Source of the DNA: Klebsormidium nitens
Lineage: Eukaryota; Plantae; Klebsormidiophyceae
Direction of reading: 5' to 3'
Assembly: GCA_000708835.1 (NCBI GenBank)
Contig: DF237156.1
Coordinates: 80,075 to 144,074, forward strand
Length of the DNA stretch: 64,000 nucleotides
A model generated the notes under the pieces. That model saw nothing but the letters and a program-made list of their open reading frames with translations. It was not told the origin of the DNA and did not search any database. Each line of letters opens with the position of its first letter. Position 1 is the first letter of the stretch. Made by a program: the position numbers and the translations under genes. This document shows positions 11,700 through 24,607 of the stretch, one piece after another.

Positions 11700-14600
11700 T
11701 CACAGCCGCTTTAATGCCCTTTTCCTATCCACAACCTTTTTCTTGTCCGCTAGTTTCGTGACCGTCTCGCCTTTTGGCTTCTTGGCTGAGGGAGACGAGA
11801 GAACTGTGTTCGGATCCGCAGCCGTGGGTGCACCTGACAAGCAACAGAAATACCAGAATTTAGCTTGGGCTTGAGACCTGACACTTCGCCGGAGCACCAT
11901 CAGTGTTCCAGTTTGCAGAAGTCGAAACAGACTGAATCCGAACACAGCCAGTCACTCAAGGAAAGCTCTAACGTACGTTTGGATGGTCCGAGCAGAAAAG
12001 CTTGCATCTGGGAACATAACGTCCGAAAATCCAAAAGCAAGGGACGAGCGAATCAGTGGGACATCAGCAGTAAAGCTTCGAGACTAACCATTGAGCAATT
12101 TGAGTAATATCAAACCGTTCCCAGAGGGGCACCAGAGCGGGCCAGAAATAAGAGAAGAGCGGGACCCGGTAAGGTGGGGCAAACACTACGAACAGTGGGC
12201 ACAATCCACAGGGACTCAGGTGATAACGAGAACAGCAGGGCAGGAACAGTATTGTGAGCGCAGAAACAAGGAAAAGGAGCAGAAACAGGAACAACGGGCG
12301 GCCAGAACTACTTCAAAAAGTAGGGCAGAAAGGACGCACAAGAATTGCCGAAACAGGGGGGCAGACATGACGAAATGTGAACAACTCAGAGCGGGGGCAA
12401 GACCAGACTGAAGCGCTCACCATGAGCGACCCCCTCCGCCGGCGCGCCCGCGTCCGTGTTCGCCGTATCCGTCGACAGGGGGGTCGTCGCCTGCCCGTCC
12501 TTGCCCCCCTCCGTGGCGGATTTCGTTGGCCCCGCCCTCGGCTTGAGTGCGTGGATGCTGGTCAGCAATTGCGCGTGCCGCGAGTAGCCCTCGTAATCCT
12601 CCATCAGCATCTTTCCGGCCTCCTCGTTCAGAGCGGATTCCGGGAACGGCTCGATGAGGAGGCAGCGGATCACGAGCAGGACGTGTCGGATGCCGAGAGT
12701 GGGCTTCCAGTCCTGGAGGAAAGTGGGTTACGAAAAGTGGGTAAGTGAAAATCGACTGCTTTACATATTTTCGACGAGGCTTCCAATCCTCGAGACAAAC
12801 GGCTGGAGTGACTTCAGAAAAGACTGACATAAACTTCTCTTGCTAAAAGGTGTTCTGTTGCTAAAAGAAGGAAGGATGGAGGGACGAGCGAAGGTTCACA
12901 GTTCCTGGGGGATCTACCTCGAAGAAAACCTATGGAGCTTTCCCACTCCGAAAGCAACATGCGGGATCGCCTGCGGACCAAGAATCAGGGGCAGACTTTG
13001 AAATTGCACTGGACAGCCCAAATCCCTCTCTCTTTCCTGAATGAGATTGACATATTCCTGAGGCACCAAAAGACTACAGTGCAATGTTCTTATCACTGTA
13101 CTGTAACAAGTCCAGCTATCCAAGACGGTTGATTGGCCACCAGTGACTGTGACCGACCACAAGTGTTCAGCGTAAGCTGTCAAACATGTTGATGCACAAG
13201 GATGCAAGCCGATCAACCGTTACTGCCTTTATGCCAATAACAACGGATCTGTAGAATGTAGAGGACTGTTTCTATACCTTTTTGAGCGTGTTGACGCAGA
13301 TCTCGCCGCTCTTTGCAATGTTGGGGTGGAAGATTTTCGTGAGGAAGTAGCCCTTGGGGGGAACCTGGGGGAAGTCGGAGCTCAGGACCAGCTTCATCCG
13401 GAACACGCCGCCCTCGTACGGCGTGCCAGCTGGACAAGGAGAAAATGGCAGTGACGTCAGCATTCCGGCCCATCAGGGGTTTCCCCTTTTCGTTGCCCCG
13501 TACAGCCTTGCCGAAATACAAGCGGTGCCGGGGTCATTCTTGTTGCATTTCGAGGGAGAAAAGAGGGATCCCTCTATTCTTATCTTTGTGAAACGCCCAT
13601 CAACGAAAGTGTTGGTTAAGAGAGCGAACAGTACGTGCTGAAAATTTTTCGCTTCTCATATCAGCAGCTCATGCCAAGAGTCTGCCCGTGACCGTCATGA
13701 AACTCACCGGTAAAAGACTCGCTTCTCCACCTCGCTCAATCATTCATCCTGAATGTCTGCTGTAGCACTCTAAGTACTCAACTGAAATTGCGAGGCATGT
13801 TGAGAACGCAAGAAGCAGAAGTCCCTACCTGGCCCATCGATTTCTGCCTGGACGTTAGCAAAGTTGTCCTCATTCACGATGATCCGAATCCCTTCCGGGG
13901 GCTCTGCGTCCAGCGACTTGATCTCTTTTGCCAGCTCCCGCATCACTTTGGGGGACAGGTTCTCGTTTGCTCCCTGCAGCATAATGGGGGCGAAACCAAT
14001 TTAGAGAGGGGCTCTTTGTTGAAGTAGTTCAGAGATTGGTTCATCCCAACCGAAAGCTCGGAATTTCCAGCCTGCAGCAAGTGGAGGGCTAACATTACCA
14101 AAAGGGCTTTCTCCAATTAGCGGGAAGACCATTTGATACCCAAAGGACAGTTCTTCATTTTCAGCCTGCAAAACAGTCATCAAACACTTCAACAAAAGTT
14201 TCACATCCGCAGCCTGCGGAATGGTGGGGTAACGCCAGGATCGGAAGCGCTGCTGTAGAAGCAGGCAAGAATCTCGCAACAACTCAGTAGAAAGGTTCTC
14301 ACTAGCAGCCTGCAGATACTACAGGACAGATTCAGAATAGAAAGAGTTTCAAATCCTGCAACTGAGCCCACCACAAGACAAGGAGAGACCTCGTCGCTGC
14401 GGTCAACAATCCAATATGCAGGATTGCAAAAGGGACCCCAAATATGGGAAGAGAAGAGCCACCACAACCAAAGTAACACGATCATTCCAGCATATAAAAG
14501 AGCATAGAGACACATCCGCTGAATTTACGTAAAAAGGGTTGGCACAGGGTCGCAACATCCATGTCCAAAGAGGACGCGGCTGGTTGCTTGGTAAAGTGCA

Positions 14601-16255
14601 ACTGCTCACTTGAACCACCGGCACAACAGTTCACGGAAAAAGGGGGTAAAGATTGAGGAACAAAAGAAGTGATGCTACCCAATACTCAAGGAAACAAGCA
14701 ATCTTCGTAAGCTTTGGGCCTTCAGAAAGGGGCTGATGTTCCACGAAGTGGGCTTTGGGGCAACTGCAGCTTGCAGAAGAATCTTACTCCCACTGTACCT
14801 GGGGCAAGACACGAGTCATGACTGCACACAGGGCTTGTCATTGGCAACAATTGCACTGGCTTGGGAGCACCAGGCCGCGAAATTATTCATTGCCCAAAGA
14901 TAAGAAGCTGCAGAGATGATCTTATCAAGCCCAGATTTGCTCGCCGTCAGGACCTTTCCGAGAGATGCGTTTTCTCGTGCGACGAAGGCGAATAAGGACA
15001 AACGCCTTGTCAGGCGAACGGTTGCCTGCCCACGTCAGCACGAGCTCTCTCTCGCGGGGCACATTGAGCAGTGAAACGCATCCTTTCAGGGCGCTTTTAT
15101 ACGGCGTGAATGGAGATCACCAAGTGAGTGCTGTTGTGAGAAGTGGCTGACGCTCTCACGCCAAAAGTATCTCAACAATGTAGAGGAGAAGACATGGTGT
15201 TTTTCTGAAAGGGCAATGGCAAGCAACAGAGCAGCCCATTGATCTTGCAAGCGCTTTGTTGCAAAAGCATTCGTCCGTTTGGACAGCAATTGACCACGCT
15301 CACTTTGAGCAGTGACCGGAGTTGCTGCTTTTAGACAAAACCCTTTTTTATTTTGTTGCGACATATCAACCAACACAGCTGGACTCCATGCACAAGTGGG
15401 CACGAGCTGTGCTCTCTTCACCAGAAACGGTGAGCTATGATACAAGGAATACACTCATGGCACAGCATTGGGCCTCAACTTATGCGGCAGCAATACGGAG
15501 ACGCTTTTACCAGAATCTCACTGACCCAGAACCATGATAAGTGGGCAAAAGCGAGTTGAACCACCGTACTGACAGACTGCATGCAGACCAAGCAAATGCG
15601 GGGCAGATTGACTTACGTGCTGTTAGCTCCTCTCTATATCGCGTCCTTAGGAGCACAACCCAAAGTTTAGAGAGCGGGCAATATCTACTTCAGATTCACC
15701 GGTTAGATGGACGGAGCGAGACAACAAAAGATGCAAAGAATTTTTGCGAGCTGTGATGCTGTATATCTGACTTGTGCTGTCTGGAAAATAGATGCTCCAT
15801 GCATTGAATGCTTAACAAGCATGAAGGTGGTTCATTCTCCGGCGCTTTTTCTGCAGAAGGTTCAACAAGAATCCAGCTGAGACCTAGCATAAAGCTTGCC
15901 CATCTTTCCAAAATGGATTGTCAGTTTTGAAAGGGAGTTCCCATAAGTAGAGAGAAAAGGATGAAAAAGAAAAGAAAAACTGGGCTCCAGTCTTGCCCTC
16001 TTACATTAGCAGGAAAATGTCCACAAAACTGTGAGTCATGTATTGCACTTTTGAAAGGGTCAAGCAACCCCCGAAAGCAAAACGGCCCTTTGAAACCAAA
16101 CCCAAGCACCATTCAGCAAAAAGCACTGAATATGAAGGGGAAAGGCTGAACTAGCAATAGCACAATCGAAGGTGTGCGATTACAGATGCAAGCGAGCACA
16201 CCACCCGCACACCAACGAGTTGTTTGATAGTTCATTCGTTTTAGGAACTTACCAT
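11700..16255 (-). CDS. UBC22: Ubiquitin-conjugating enzyme E2, UBC22/UBE2S orthologue, 241 aa
   Basis: ATG-only exon 16255-16253 (ATG|GTAAGT), then exons 13973-13829, 13429-13278, 12712-12421, 11833-11700 (726 nt). Core [54 protein letters not shown] and the UBE2S-type basic tail [16 protein letters not shown]. Confidence 0.95.
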
Positions 16256-17152
16256 TGTGTGAAGCGACCCCTCCCTCCCTCTGTGAACGCCGTTGACTGC
16301 CCAGCTATGAGATCTTTCAGATGTTTAACACCTCGTGTGTGAGAAATCTTAGTTCAGAGGAGCCCACATGCCGCAATAGGTTGCTCTGTCGTCGCTAAGC
16401 CTCAGGCTGATTCAACCCTAACCTTTGGTTTGATGGGTTCTTTTAAAGGGCAGCAATAAGGTTCACTCGTGTCGATAGGAAGGGACCCACTTATAGACGA
16501 TCGGTGGTTTGGTCAAAGCAGTGCTTAGATAGGACCACTAACCAGTCTCAAGGCTTTTCTGCTCCTTCTCTTTACACCATTAGTTTCTTCTCTCACTCTC
16601 AAATACATCCCCTGCCACGCACAGGCTATCGGTTTGTGGCGTCTATCGGGTAAACCAGTATCCTAGATTGACCTTGTGCACTGGTCTCTCCTCCTTCACC
16701 CAGCGATCACTTCTCTGCTTCAAGCTATGCCAAAGAAAGTCAAACCACAAAAAACCGCAGTACCCCCTTTGCGAAACAGCGTAGGAAACACTCCAGTTCC
16801 CACGCTGTCCGTGCCTTGCTCTTCCAAACTTGGAGCAAACTTTGACTTTGTAGCAGCCTTTCCTGTGATGCAGGGAGACCCTTCTCTGATGGTAGGACGG
16901 TCTCCTCAACGCCTGTTCCTGTTGACAGTGTTGTTTGGAGTGTTCCTGTTCCTCATGTCGGTGTTTTAGAAAGCTGACCCCGTGGACTTCAATTTTGAAA
17001 CTCTCAACCAAACGATGTACGTCAACCATTGATAGCCCGTACATTGCGGGCAACTTCCAGCCGTTGACTGTTTGGGACGATGGAAGGCTACTGGCCCGTG
17101 CCAGAGTCCGAAACTTTAGTAGGTATGGTGGCAGTCTGCACCGATCAACGTC

Positions 17153-17340
17153 CGCAAATTTGGCCGTCCGCAAACCCTGGAAAGCCTAAACCCTGGCTAC
17201 TCTGAAACAATCAGTGCGCCTCCGCGGCCCCGTGCGCATGAATGGCGCATCATATGCCGCCGATGATCTTACAGCGCTTCTGCATAGCACAGATAGCAGA
17301 GACGCACAAAAGCAGCGAGCCAAAGCAGAGCCAGAAGGCG
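17153..17340 (+). promoter_or_regulatory. Upstream block of repeat-domain gene A, homologous to 23720-23890
   Basis: Shares gtccgcaaatttggccgtccgcaaa, gtgcgcctccg and gcac..aagcagcgagc with the block upstream of gene B. The TATATAA present in B is missing here (gcacaaaagcagcgagc). Confidence 0.6.
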
Positions 17341-18254
17341 CCGCCTAACCGGCCAGCCCCAGAGTTCCAGTTATTCTGGGCCCTGAGTACCCTTCGAGTA
17401 CTTCCTTAGGAGACTGAGGAGGTACTCCACTGGGCCCAGTACTGGTACTCGGAGGATCGGAGCTGGAAAGATTCTGAGCTTTGATAGGTGAGTTTGCGGA
17501 TACTGAGAGAAGCTGGAAACGATTGATAATATTACAAGGCAATCATGGACAACTCAACAACTGGTCAAACAGTGGTTTTGTTCTTGCGCCGGATCTGACT
17601 CGATTGCCCAGAAACCTGAAAAGACACCTGCACTTCTCAGGTATAACATGAGGTGTCGACTTAGAAACCGTTCTAGCATTTGAGCGGAAGCTGGTTTCCT
17701 TGGCTCCTCAACTTTGTTTGTTCAGGTTCCCGACTGTCTTCAACGTTCAGGCTTGCCCATAAATCCAGAATATCACCGGCTAAGTGCATAGTACTTCAGA
17801 TAACGCGGACAGTCTTGCGGCACTGATTCAACAAGGATAGCAAGCGGATTTGTTGACAGCAGTTACTACAGACGTCTCAGTCACCCACCAACCAGTGGCC
17901 CACCAAAACAAGTGGAGCTTACATCGACCGGCTCCCTAAGTCAGTGTTCTTTTCTGGCGGGGGGTATTGACGACGATACAAATGACTCAAACGTTCAAAC
18001 GTTTGGAATCTCCATAAGCGGACGCAGAATACAGCCTTAACAGCAGTTGCGTCAAGCTGCAACTCCATTAGCCTCAAGCAGGCTTGGATCGCCTCTACTT
18101 CATTCCAAAGTTTAGCTTGCTTTGGTGAACGATCAATCGCAAGCAGGGGGATCGGTCGGCAAGGAATACACAATTGCTGACATCATGCTGATGCTTAGCG
18201 GAATCTGCTTCTGAAACCGCTTACCTTCCTGATTTGCAGAACGGAACGAGAATC

Positions 18255-21200
18255 ATGGCCGGACTTCTGGGTGCCAAATGGCACGAACTCTCGTCAGAGC
18301 TTGAAAAGAGAAGGTCCGGTGAAGGTGGATCTGCCGAATCGGATGATAAGAAGAAGGAGCTCTCCTTTTTAATGAGGCACCTTAAAATACTGGACGTGCG
18401 CGCAAGGCTGCACGCCAGATCAGGGATCGACTTTGATACACGTTACAAGCACGGGCGCAAAGGTGAGAGAAGGCTCAGCAAATCACAACGGGCCCTGCTC
18501 TGGGCAATGATGCCATGCAGGCATCGCGACGTTCCTCTTAGGAGTGGTTCAACCAAAAGCACAGATCAAAAGAAAAGAAATGTTCCGGTAGGTGGAAACC
18601 CTATTTGTCCAACGGCACAAGATCTCGGAAGTTGATGCCGCGGACCTTGGGAAGTGCCTCATCCGTTTGGGTCTCCTCTTTGACATCGTTGATCTGCACC
18701 TTCGTCGAAACAACTTGAACCCACATCGCCGCTATTTTCTCACGTCTTCTGTTCCGTCCAGAGCGGAGCATCACATTGGGCCCCCATTGCCTAACGAGAC
18801 CTACTAGCTCCAAATGGCCCGTTGACAAGTCGACCACTTCTGATCACTTGTCGATCGATATGACACTACTTTATCTTTTGACACAGGTTGACGCCCAAGA
18901 AGCACGTACGATTGGCTTTTCTCCTTTCATTCATCTGAAAAGAGTTACGTGCTTTTACAACCTTGGGAATAATTAACGATCATTTACTCCTGTCTGACAC
19001 CCTCTGACCCTCTTTCTGGCATCTTAAAGTTGCTGTTTTTCGGGGGTGCAGACTTGTGAAGTAGGTAAAAGCAAGATTAATGGGAAGAATTTTGCTGCAA
19101 AGCGGACGCAGGCAGACAACAATCATCATCCTTCTCCTTCCGATTCAGCTTTGCCTTGATTTGATACTGATCAGGTATATCTGCTCGCCAAGATAGGATC
19201 GACGTTATGACGACTCGACCTCTCTGATACTGATGGCTTCAAATTTCAGACGTTAATCTGACAAACCCATCGGCATGTGTTTTGCAAGGTTCGGGCAAAA
19301 GTGAATACCTGGTTCAGCCACGTGTCATCTGCGAAGATGACACGTGGCGCTTCTTGGGAAACGGCCGCCTCGTGCTCAGCATAGACGTCAAGGACGGGAC
19401 CTGTAACGCGGTTCCTGAGCACGTGGCAGTTGCCGTCAGCTGCATTAAACACGCCTGGATCGCGAGTACAGAGGAGCATTCCTCAGATTGGACGCACCAT
19501 TTTGACCTGATATACAAGTGAATACCTTTTCTCGCTTCCGTCCCTACTTGAAGTGAGGTCCCTTGTTGGGCCTCCGAGCTTCGCAGCGTTCGGATCAACT
19601 TGCAAATGTTGTCCAACAGTAGGAGCAGCATAGAGACTTCATCGCCACAATGATTCCCAGAGCTTTTCAGTGGCATCACATAAGTGATGGCAATGTGATC
19701 TGAGCTACTATCATTCTTTCGATCAGTTGTTCAACAGTTTCTGTATTCCAGAACGAGTCCAGAACGTTCAATCGTCCTTTTCTTAACCGTCAGCCTACGC
19801 TTAAGAGCTGTCCCTCCCCACATCGTAAAGTATAACAAAGTAGAGTCCCTGCCGAAAATAATTTACGATGAGCACAATAGAACGTTACACCCTAACCCTT
19901 TTACTTCTGACTGCAGGCTGGACAGGTGCCGGACTCATCAAGCTTCAAGAAAAGGACGCTTTTCCGGACCGCTACATAGACACGATCACCCCTTGGTCCG
20001 CTAAAGAGCGGTGTGACCATATTGCGAAACGGATCCCGTCGGCTCTCGTTTTGTACCGCATGATGTGCCTCTTTCCAACCCTGGATGTGCCGACGGTCGA
20101 TTGGTACAAGTGTCTCTGGGACTTCTCATTGAAACACAAAGCGACCGGATTCTTGCTACAGATATGGGAACACAAGGCCGGTTTGCAAGCCAGGGTGAAC
20201 TCCTATGCTATCGTCCCGCTTTAATTCTTGGTCTGAGGTCCTCAGACAATAAGTGCTCACAAAAAAATGAAACGGGGTCTTGGCCAGGCCGAACAGAAGG
20301 GCAAAGAGGTTGTGGCCCACTTTCAGTGAACATTGTGCACCTCGCAAGCTCGTTCCGCTTGGGTAGCAGAGTAGTGCCTTGAAACAGATTTGTGTGGCGA
20401 ACCTTCACTCGCCATTTGAATGATATACAGAACAATGGCGCAGCTCTCATCCTCGCATGTCTCAGAAAAATCGACTCGGTATACTTCAAAGAACAAAGAC
20501 TATGCGCGCCTCGTCGTTCAGTTCTCTGCCAACACTGCAAAGCAATCTCAGCCGTTCTAACCCTGCCGAGCTTCATTCTCCTGCCATCGCACGTTTATCA
20601 AGTTAACATGCACTAACCCAAAATTCCGGTTCCGTTCAGATCTACTGGACGGGCAGCCTTGAAAGCCCTGGTCCGGGGCCGGAATGTTTCCAGGCTGACG
20701 CGTGCGCGTTTCTGGAGCTGCTCCTTTCGGACGAGTGCCGGCATCCCTGTGGAGTGGTCGCGGGTTCCATTGATCCTGCTCTTCTGGACACCTGCAGCGC
20801 AGCGGCACAAAAGGTGACCTAAATTTACCGATATTGCACTGCCTTTGAATTTTCTCTCTTGATGTTTTTTACTTCTTGATTTTGCTTCATATTGCGTCTC
20901 CCGCGGAAGGAACGTCCCAAACGCTGGAATACGTCACACTGCTCAGGGTCATTCCAATGCTTTCTTCTTTCAAAGTTTAAGTGGTGGCCTATTTGTCGCC
21001 CCTCGTCATTATGACGAGTTGGCTTTCGGAAACACGTAGGCTGGAGAAGGGTGCGACGCTGAGCAGCCAATGAGCAGCTACCGTCGCAAATCGAAAAGCA
21101 GCCAAGCAAGTTAGGACGGCGCGCTCTTGAACAGTAAGTTCTAGGGCTGCCACTTATTCGCTTCAAGTCTTCTCCATGCGCACGCATGTTCGCCCCACCT

Positions 21201-22565
21201 CTTTCCGCGTCCCCGTCTTCCAAACTCAATCGAATCACTCAACAGAGTGTATGTACGCTTGACAATCACAGGATGTTTGTTGTAGTTTTGTATCTGCAGC
21301 AGCGAAGATATATGGTGGACCTACCGCAAACCCACAGGGATCGGCTGACGCCCGAGGACGAATCGGCGGCGCGCGCGGTCAGAGATAAGTGGAAAGCCCT
21401 CGAAGAACCGGACAGGCAAGCGCTCCTGAGCTTACTATGGCGAATTGCTTTCCGCATTAATTTCGTGCGACGGCAAAGTTTCTTTTCCTGCAAGATGAGT
21501 CACGAAGTGAAAGATGGGGGAAAAAGTTTGGAATGGTCTGGAAAAGCGACCGAGTGCTGTGGTGTACTTTGGTCCCTAAGTCAAATTGTGGCGCCTTTTC
21601 GAAGGTTGAAGGCAGTAATGCTCTTTTCTTCCTCAGCTGCCGGGGGTTTGATTCTAACGAGGGTGCTCGAGGAGCTTCTTAACGAGTCGCTTCTTGCGTT
21701 CTAGAAAGGCACCTTTGCGTCACGTCTTTCCTCACCTGCTCGCCACAATCTGGTATCGCACCAATACCTCCTTCAATTTCTGATGCAGCGCCCCACAAGA
21801 CGGTTCCGGTCGCTTGGAGGTCCGCTTCCGTTTCGCTACCAAATCAATCATCTTAGGCGACTTGGAGCCGGAATCTGCGGCGCCCAGAAACAAGAAGCTG
21901 AAGGCGGAAGTGGTGAGAAGGTGTAACGGTCCCCACGTTCCAACTTTCTTAAGCTCCACCAGTGCTACAGCAACATCAACGGTTCCTGACAAAACAGTTT
22001 ATTCTCAAGCCTTGGCTGCTTTTGCGCTTCATGATCAGTCGTCGTTTCGCTCAATGCTCTTCATCATCGGTATCTCGCAGGACGGCAAGCACTGTCGTTT
22101 GAAGGGTGTTGCAGAGATGTATGAGCCCAGTGTAGGATCACGTTCTTCTCTTGATTTGTTCTGGAAGAAAATCTTGAGGAAACTTCTGCCCAGGATCCGT
22201 CGACCGTTCCCTTCTGCGTGACGATCTCCTCGGCGCTGCTGCTCTACCGTCTTCTCGCCCTCTTCAGCCTCCTCGACCGCGAAACGCGCCTCTCCAATGG
22301 ATCTTACGAAAGCGTCCAGACTCCGGTTGAGATTCTTCGACCCGAAGTCCCTGACTCCGTCTGGTACACGGAGATTGCCCACGTGGCGTCCGGAACCGTC
22401 GTCCGGTTTGGCGACTACCGCGGCGCGGCAAGCGTCTGGGCGAAAGCGTCCGAAGGAGCTGACATGGACAAGCTCAAGGGGGATCTTGAGTCGTTGCTCG
22501 AGCTGCTGTGCGGCGAAAAGTCCCCGCATACGTACGACAAAGTGGTCGCCGGGTGTGTAGCTTGA
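18255..22565 (+). CDS. Uncharacterised two-repeat protein, copy A (frame needs a 32-nt extra exon, otherwise frameshifted)
   Basis: Exons 18255-18462, 19289-19517, [19587-19618], 19917-20194, 20640-20813, 21300-21415 (GC donor), 21789-21912, 22194-22565. Exon-by-exon homology with copy B shows synonymous third-position changes. A 4-nt insertion relative to B sits at ~19925. The start codon is provisional. Confidence 0.7.
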
Positions 22566-23845
22566 GAGGCCCCTTGCGGTATTGCGGGCCCCGTGCATTC
22601 GTCCCCTCTGATAGTTCCCAACAGGAACCAGAAGCAGGTCGAGTCTGACAATATTCAAGACTCTTGAAATCTATGTGTGGATTGGACTCTTGAGTTCTAC
22701 GGTGTGGACTGGTGCCTCCCTGCGCATGACAAATGACTGCCACGGTTTTCATGCAGCGGCCCGGCCCGCAAATGGCATAACGTCACGCCCCGCCGAGCCT
22801 ATCACGCAGGCGCCAGTCTGTACATGTTAGTACGCAAATGAATGTGACCGGACTCGGTATTATAAGTACCAATAGTGCGATCCAGCTCAACGCAAACAAC
22901 CGTCAAAAAGTAGGAGTAACTGGTTTTTGGTGGCAGGAGGTCCTTTTCCTGATCCCGTTCCTTATGGAGCTTTCCCGTGAGTGAACCAAGAACTATCAGA
23001 ACCGAGAGGGCCGCCGGGTCTTCGTATCTCGCGTCGGCGGTCCGTAACCACTGCCCTGTCGCGCTCACGTCGCAGTCGGCCGAGAAATATTTTTCGCTCG
23101 CCTGCAATCGCCTTCGGTTTGGCCCGGGCGGGCTTCTTCGCATTGTGTGTCACCATGATTTTCCTCCTAGCCAGCCACTGCCACACCTCCGGTGGTCAAC
23201 CTGCTATCATACTTGGTTCTCAGTCGGGTGGTTCGAGATAGGCGTCTCTCGGCTCGACTTCAAGTTGAAACCGGCCGTCAGTACGGCACCCATTTCTGCT
23301 CGCTACGGTGAGGTGACGGGCAGCGCAAACACCGACGTCTGCGGTCGCCTCTTTAAAGAACACGGCGAAATGGCAGGTGGCGCTCGGAACGGACGAAGGA
23401 CGATTGTGTCGTCTTCCGCGTCTCTTTGTGATTTACAGCCTGGGTTGTCCCTTTTCATCTTCTGAGCTAGAGGATTTTGAGCGAGCCTGCCGCTTCGACG
23501 CGGCCTAACTAAAGTGTCTGCCTCTTTGCTTCTGTTGCTTTGTAACGTTGCACATGCAGTCCAGGCCCGCACTTGCCTGACAATTTGCATCTCATTCAAT
23601 TCGTGTGCACCCATCATATTGCAGTCTGGCGGTCACGCACTAGCCATCATCAGAAATTTGGACGTTTACAGGACTATTACACCATTGAACGGAAGATGAG
23701 CCTGAGCGGTCCCAAGCGCGTCCGCAAATTTGGCCGTCCGCAAATCCTCTCAGCCGTCAAAACCCTGGTGCGCCTCCGGCCGGCGGCGCGGTATCTCCAA
23801 TATTCCATGTTGCTTTGCTATCCAGTAAGAATAGCGCAGCGCACA

Positions 23846-23852
23846 TATATAA
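23846..23852 (+). promoter_or_regulatory. TATA box candidate of gene B
   Basis: TATATAA inside the upstream block shared with gene A, followed by donor-like sites (GTAAGT at ~23965) consistent with a 5' UTR exon. Confidence 0.5.
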
Positions 23853-24607
23853 GCAGCGAGCTGCATTCACGGACTCCAGGAGCTAGGCGCCGCGTGTCCA
23901 GACACTCCATTGACCCAGTCGGCTCAGCAAATTGCTGGAAGCTGCCGGAAGCATTCAGAGCTGGTAAGTTTGGAGAGACTGAAGAGACACCTAAAAGAAT
24001 CTTTCCGAAGACCGTCTGCAGTAAGATCTAAAGTCCTTTGTTCCAGATAGGTAGATCAGAAGAACGGTGACTGTTATGATTCGCTTCTTACAGCTTTGGC
24101 TTGTTCAAGGTCGGATCAAGTTCTCGTCTTCTGTGCAATGCCATCCTCGGGCCCCTACTACTTGAGTCCAATCAAAGACTGAAATGAGTGCTTGAATCAT
24201 TGATGTCCTAGTGCGGCTTTACTGATCCAAAATGAATAGAAAGCAATTTTGCTGCTACTTATTATTGCAGACATCCAGTCCAAAGAAACGTACCAAAGGA
24301 ACATTGCACGTTTTGATGGCATCTTTTATCCTTGTGATACAACAAACAACAGCACTCAAGAATGTCGGGATGCTCAGTATCTCACCTGACGCAAACCTTA
24401 GCCTTAAGTTGTGTCAAGCTACACTCCAAAATCCCAAGTAGGCTTTGATGGCCTTTGCTTTCGTCATAGGCTTGCTAAGTCATAAAAAAAGCTGAGCAAC
24501 AGGATTCGCCAGGGACTTGACGTCTGCTGACGTCATGCTGATGCTCAACAGAATTACCTGCTTCCGAGAACGCTTGCCGTCCCGATTTGCAGAACGGAAC
24601 GCTAGTG

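Noticed and set aside
13974-13982. MLQ start for UBC22 suggested by the ORF track
   Set aside because: ctgcag at 13974-13979 (minus) is an acceptor with upstream branch/pyrimidine tract. A perfect ATG|GTAAGT exon at 16255-16253 gives MGANENL, matching the family start.
16643-17189. Overlapping ORFs of 176, 97 and 84 aa between UBC22 and gene A
   Set aside because: No family motifs and no phase-consistent splice chain. The position fits 5' UTR or divergent promoter sequence.
22802-23465. GC-rich ORFs on both strands between genes A and B
   Set aside because: Several frames are open because of GC content. None has a recognisable domain or a counterpart next to the paralogue. A small gene is not excluded but is unsupported.
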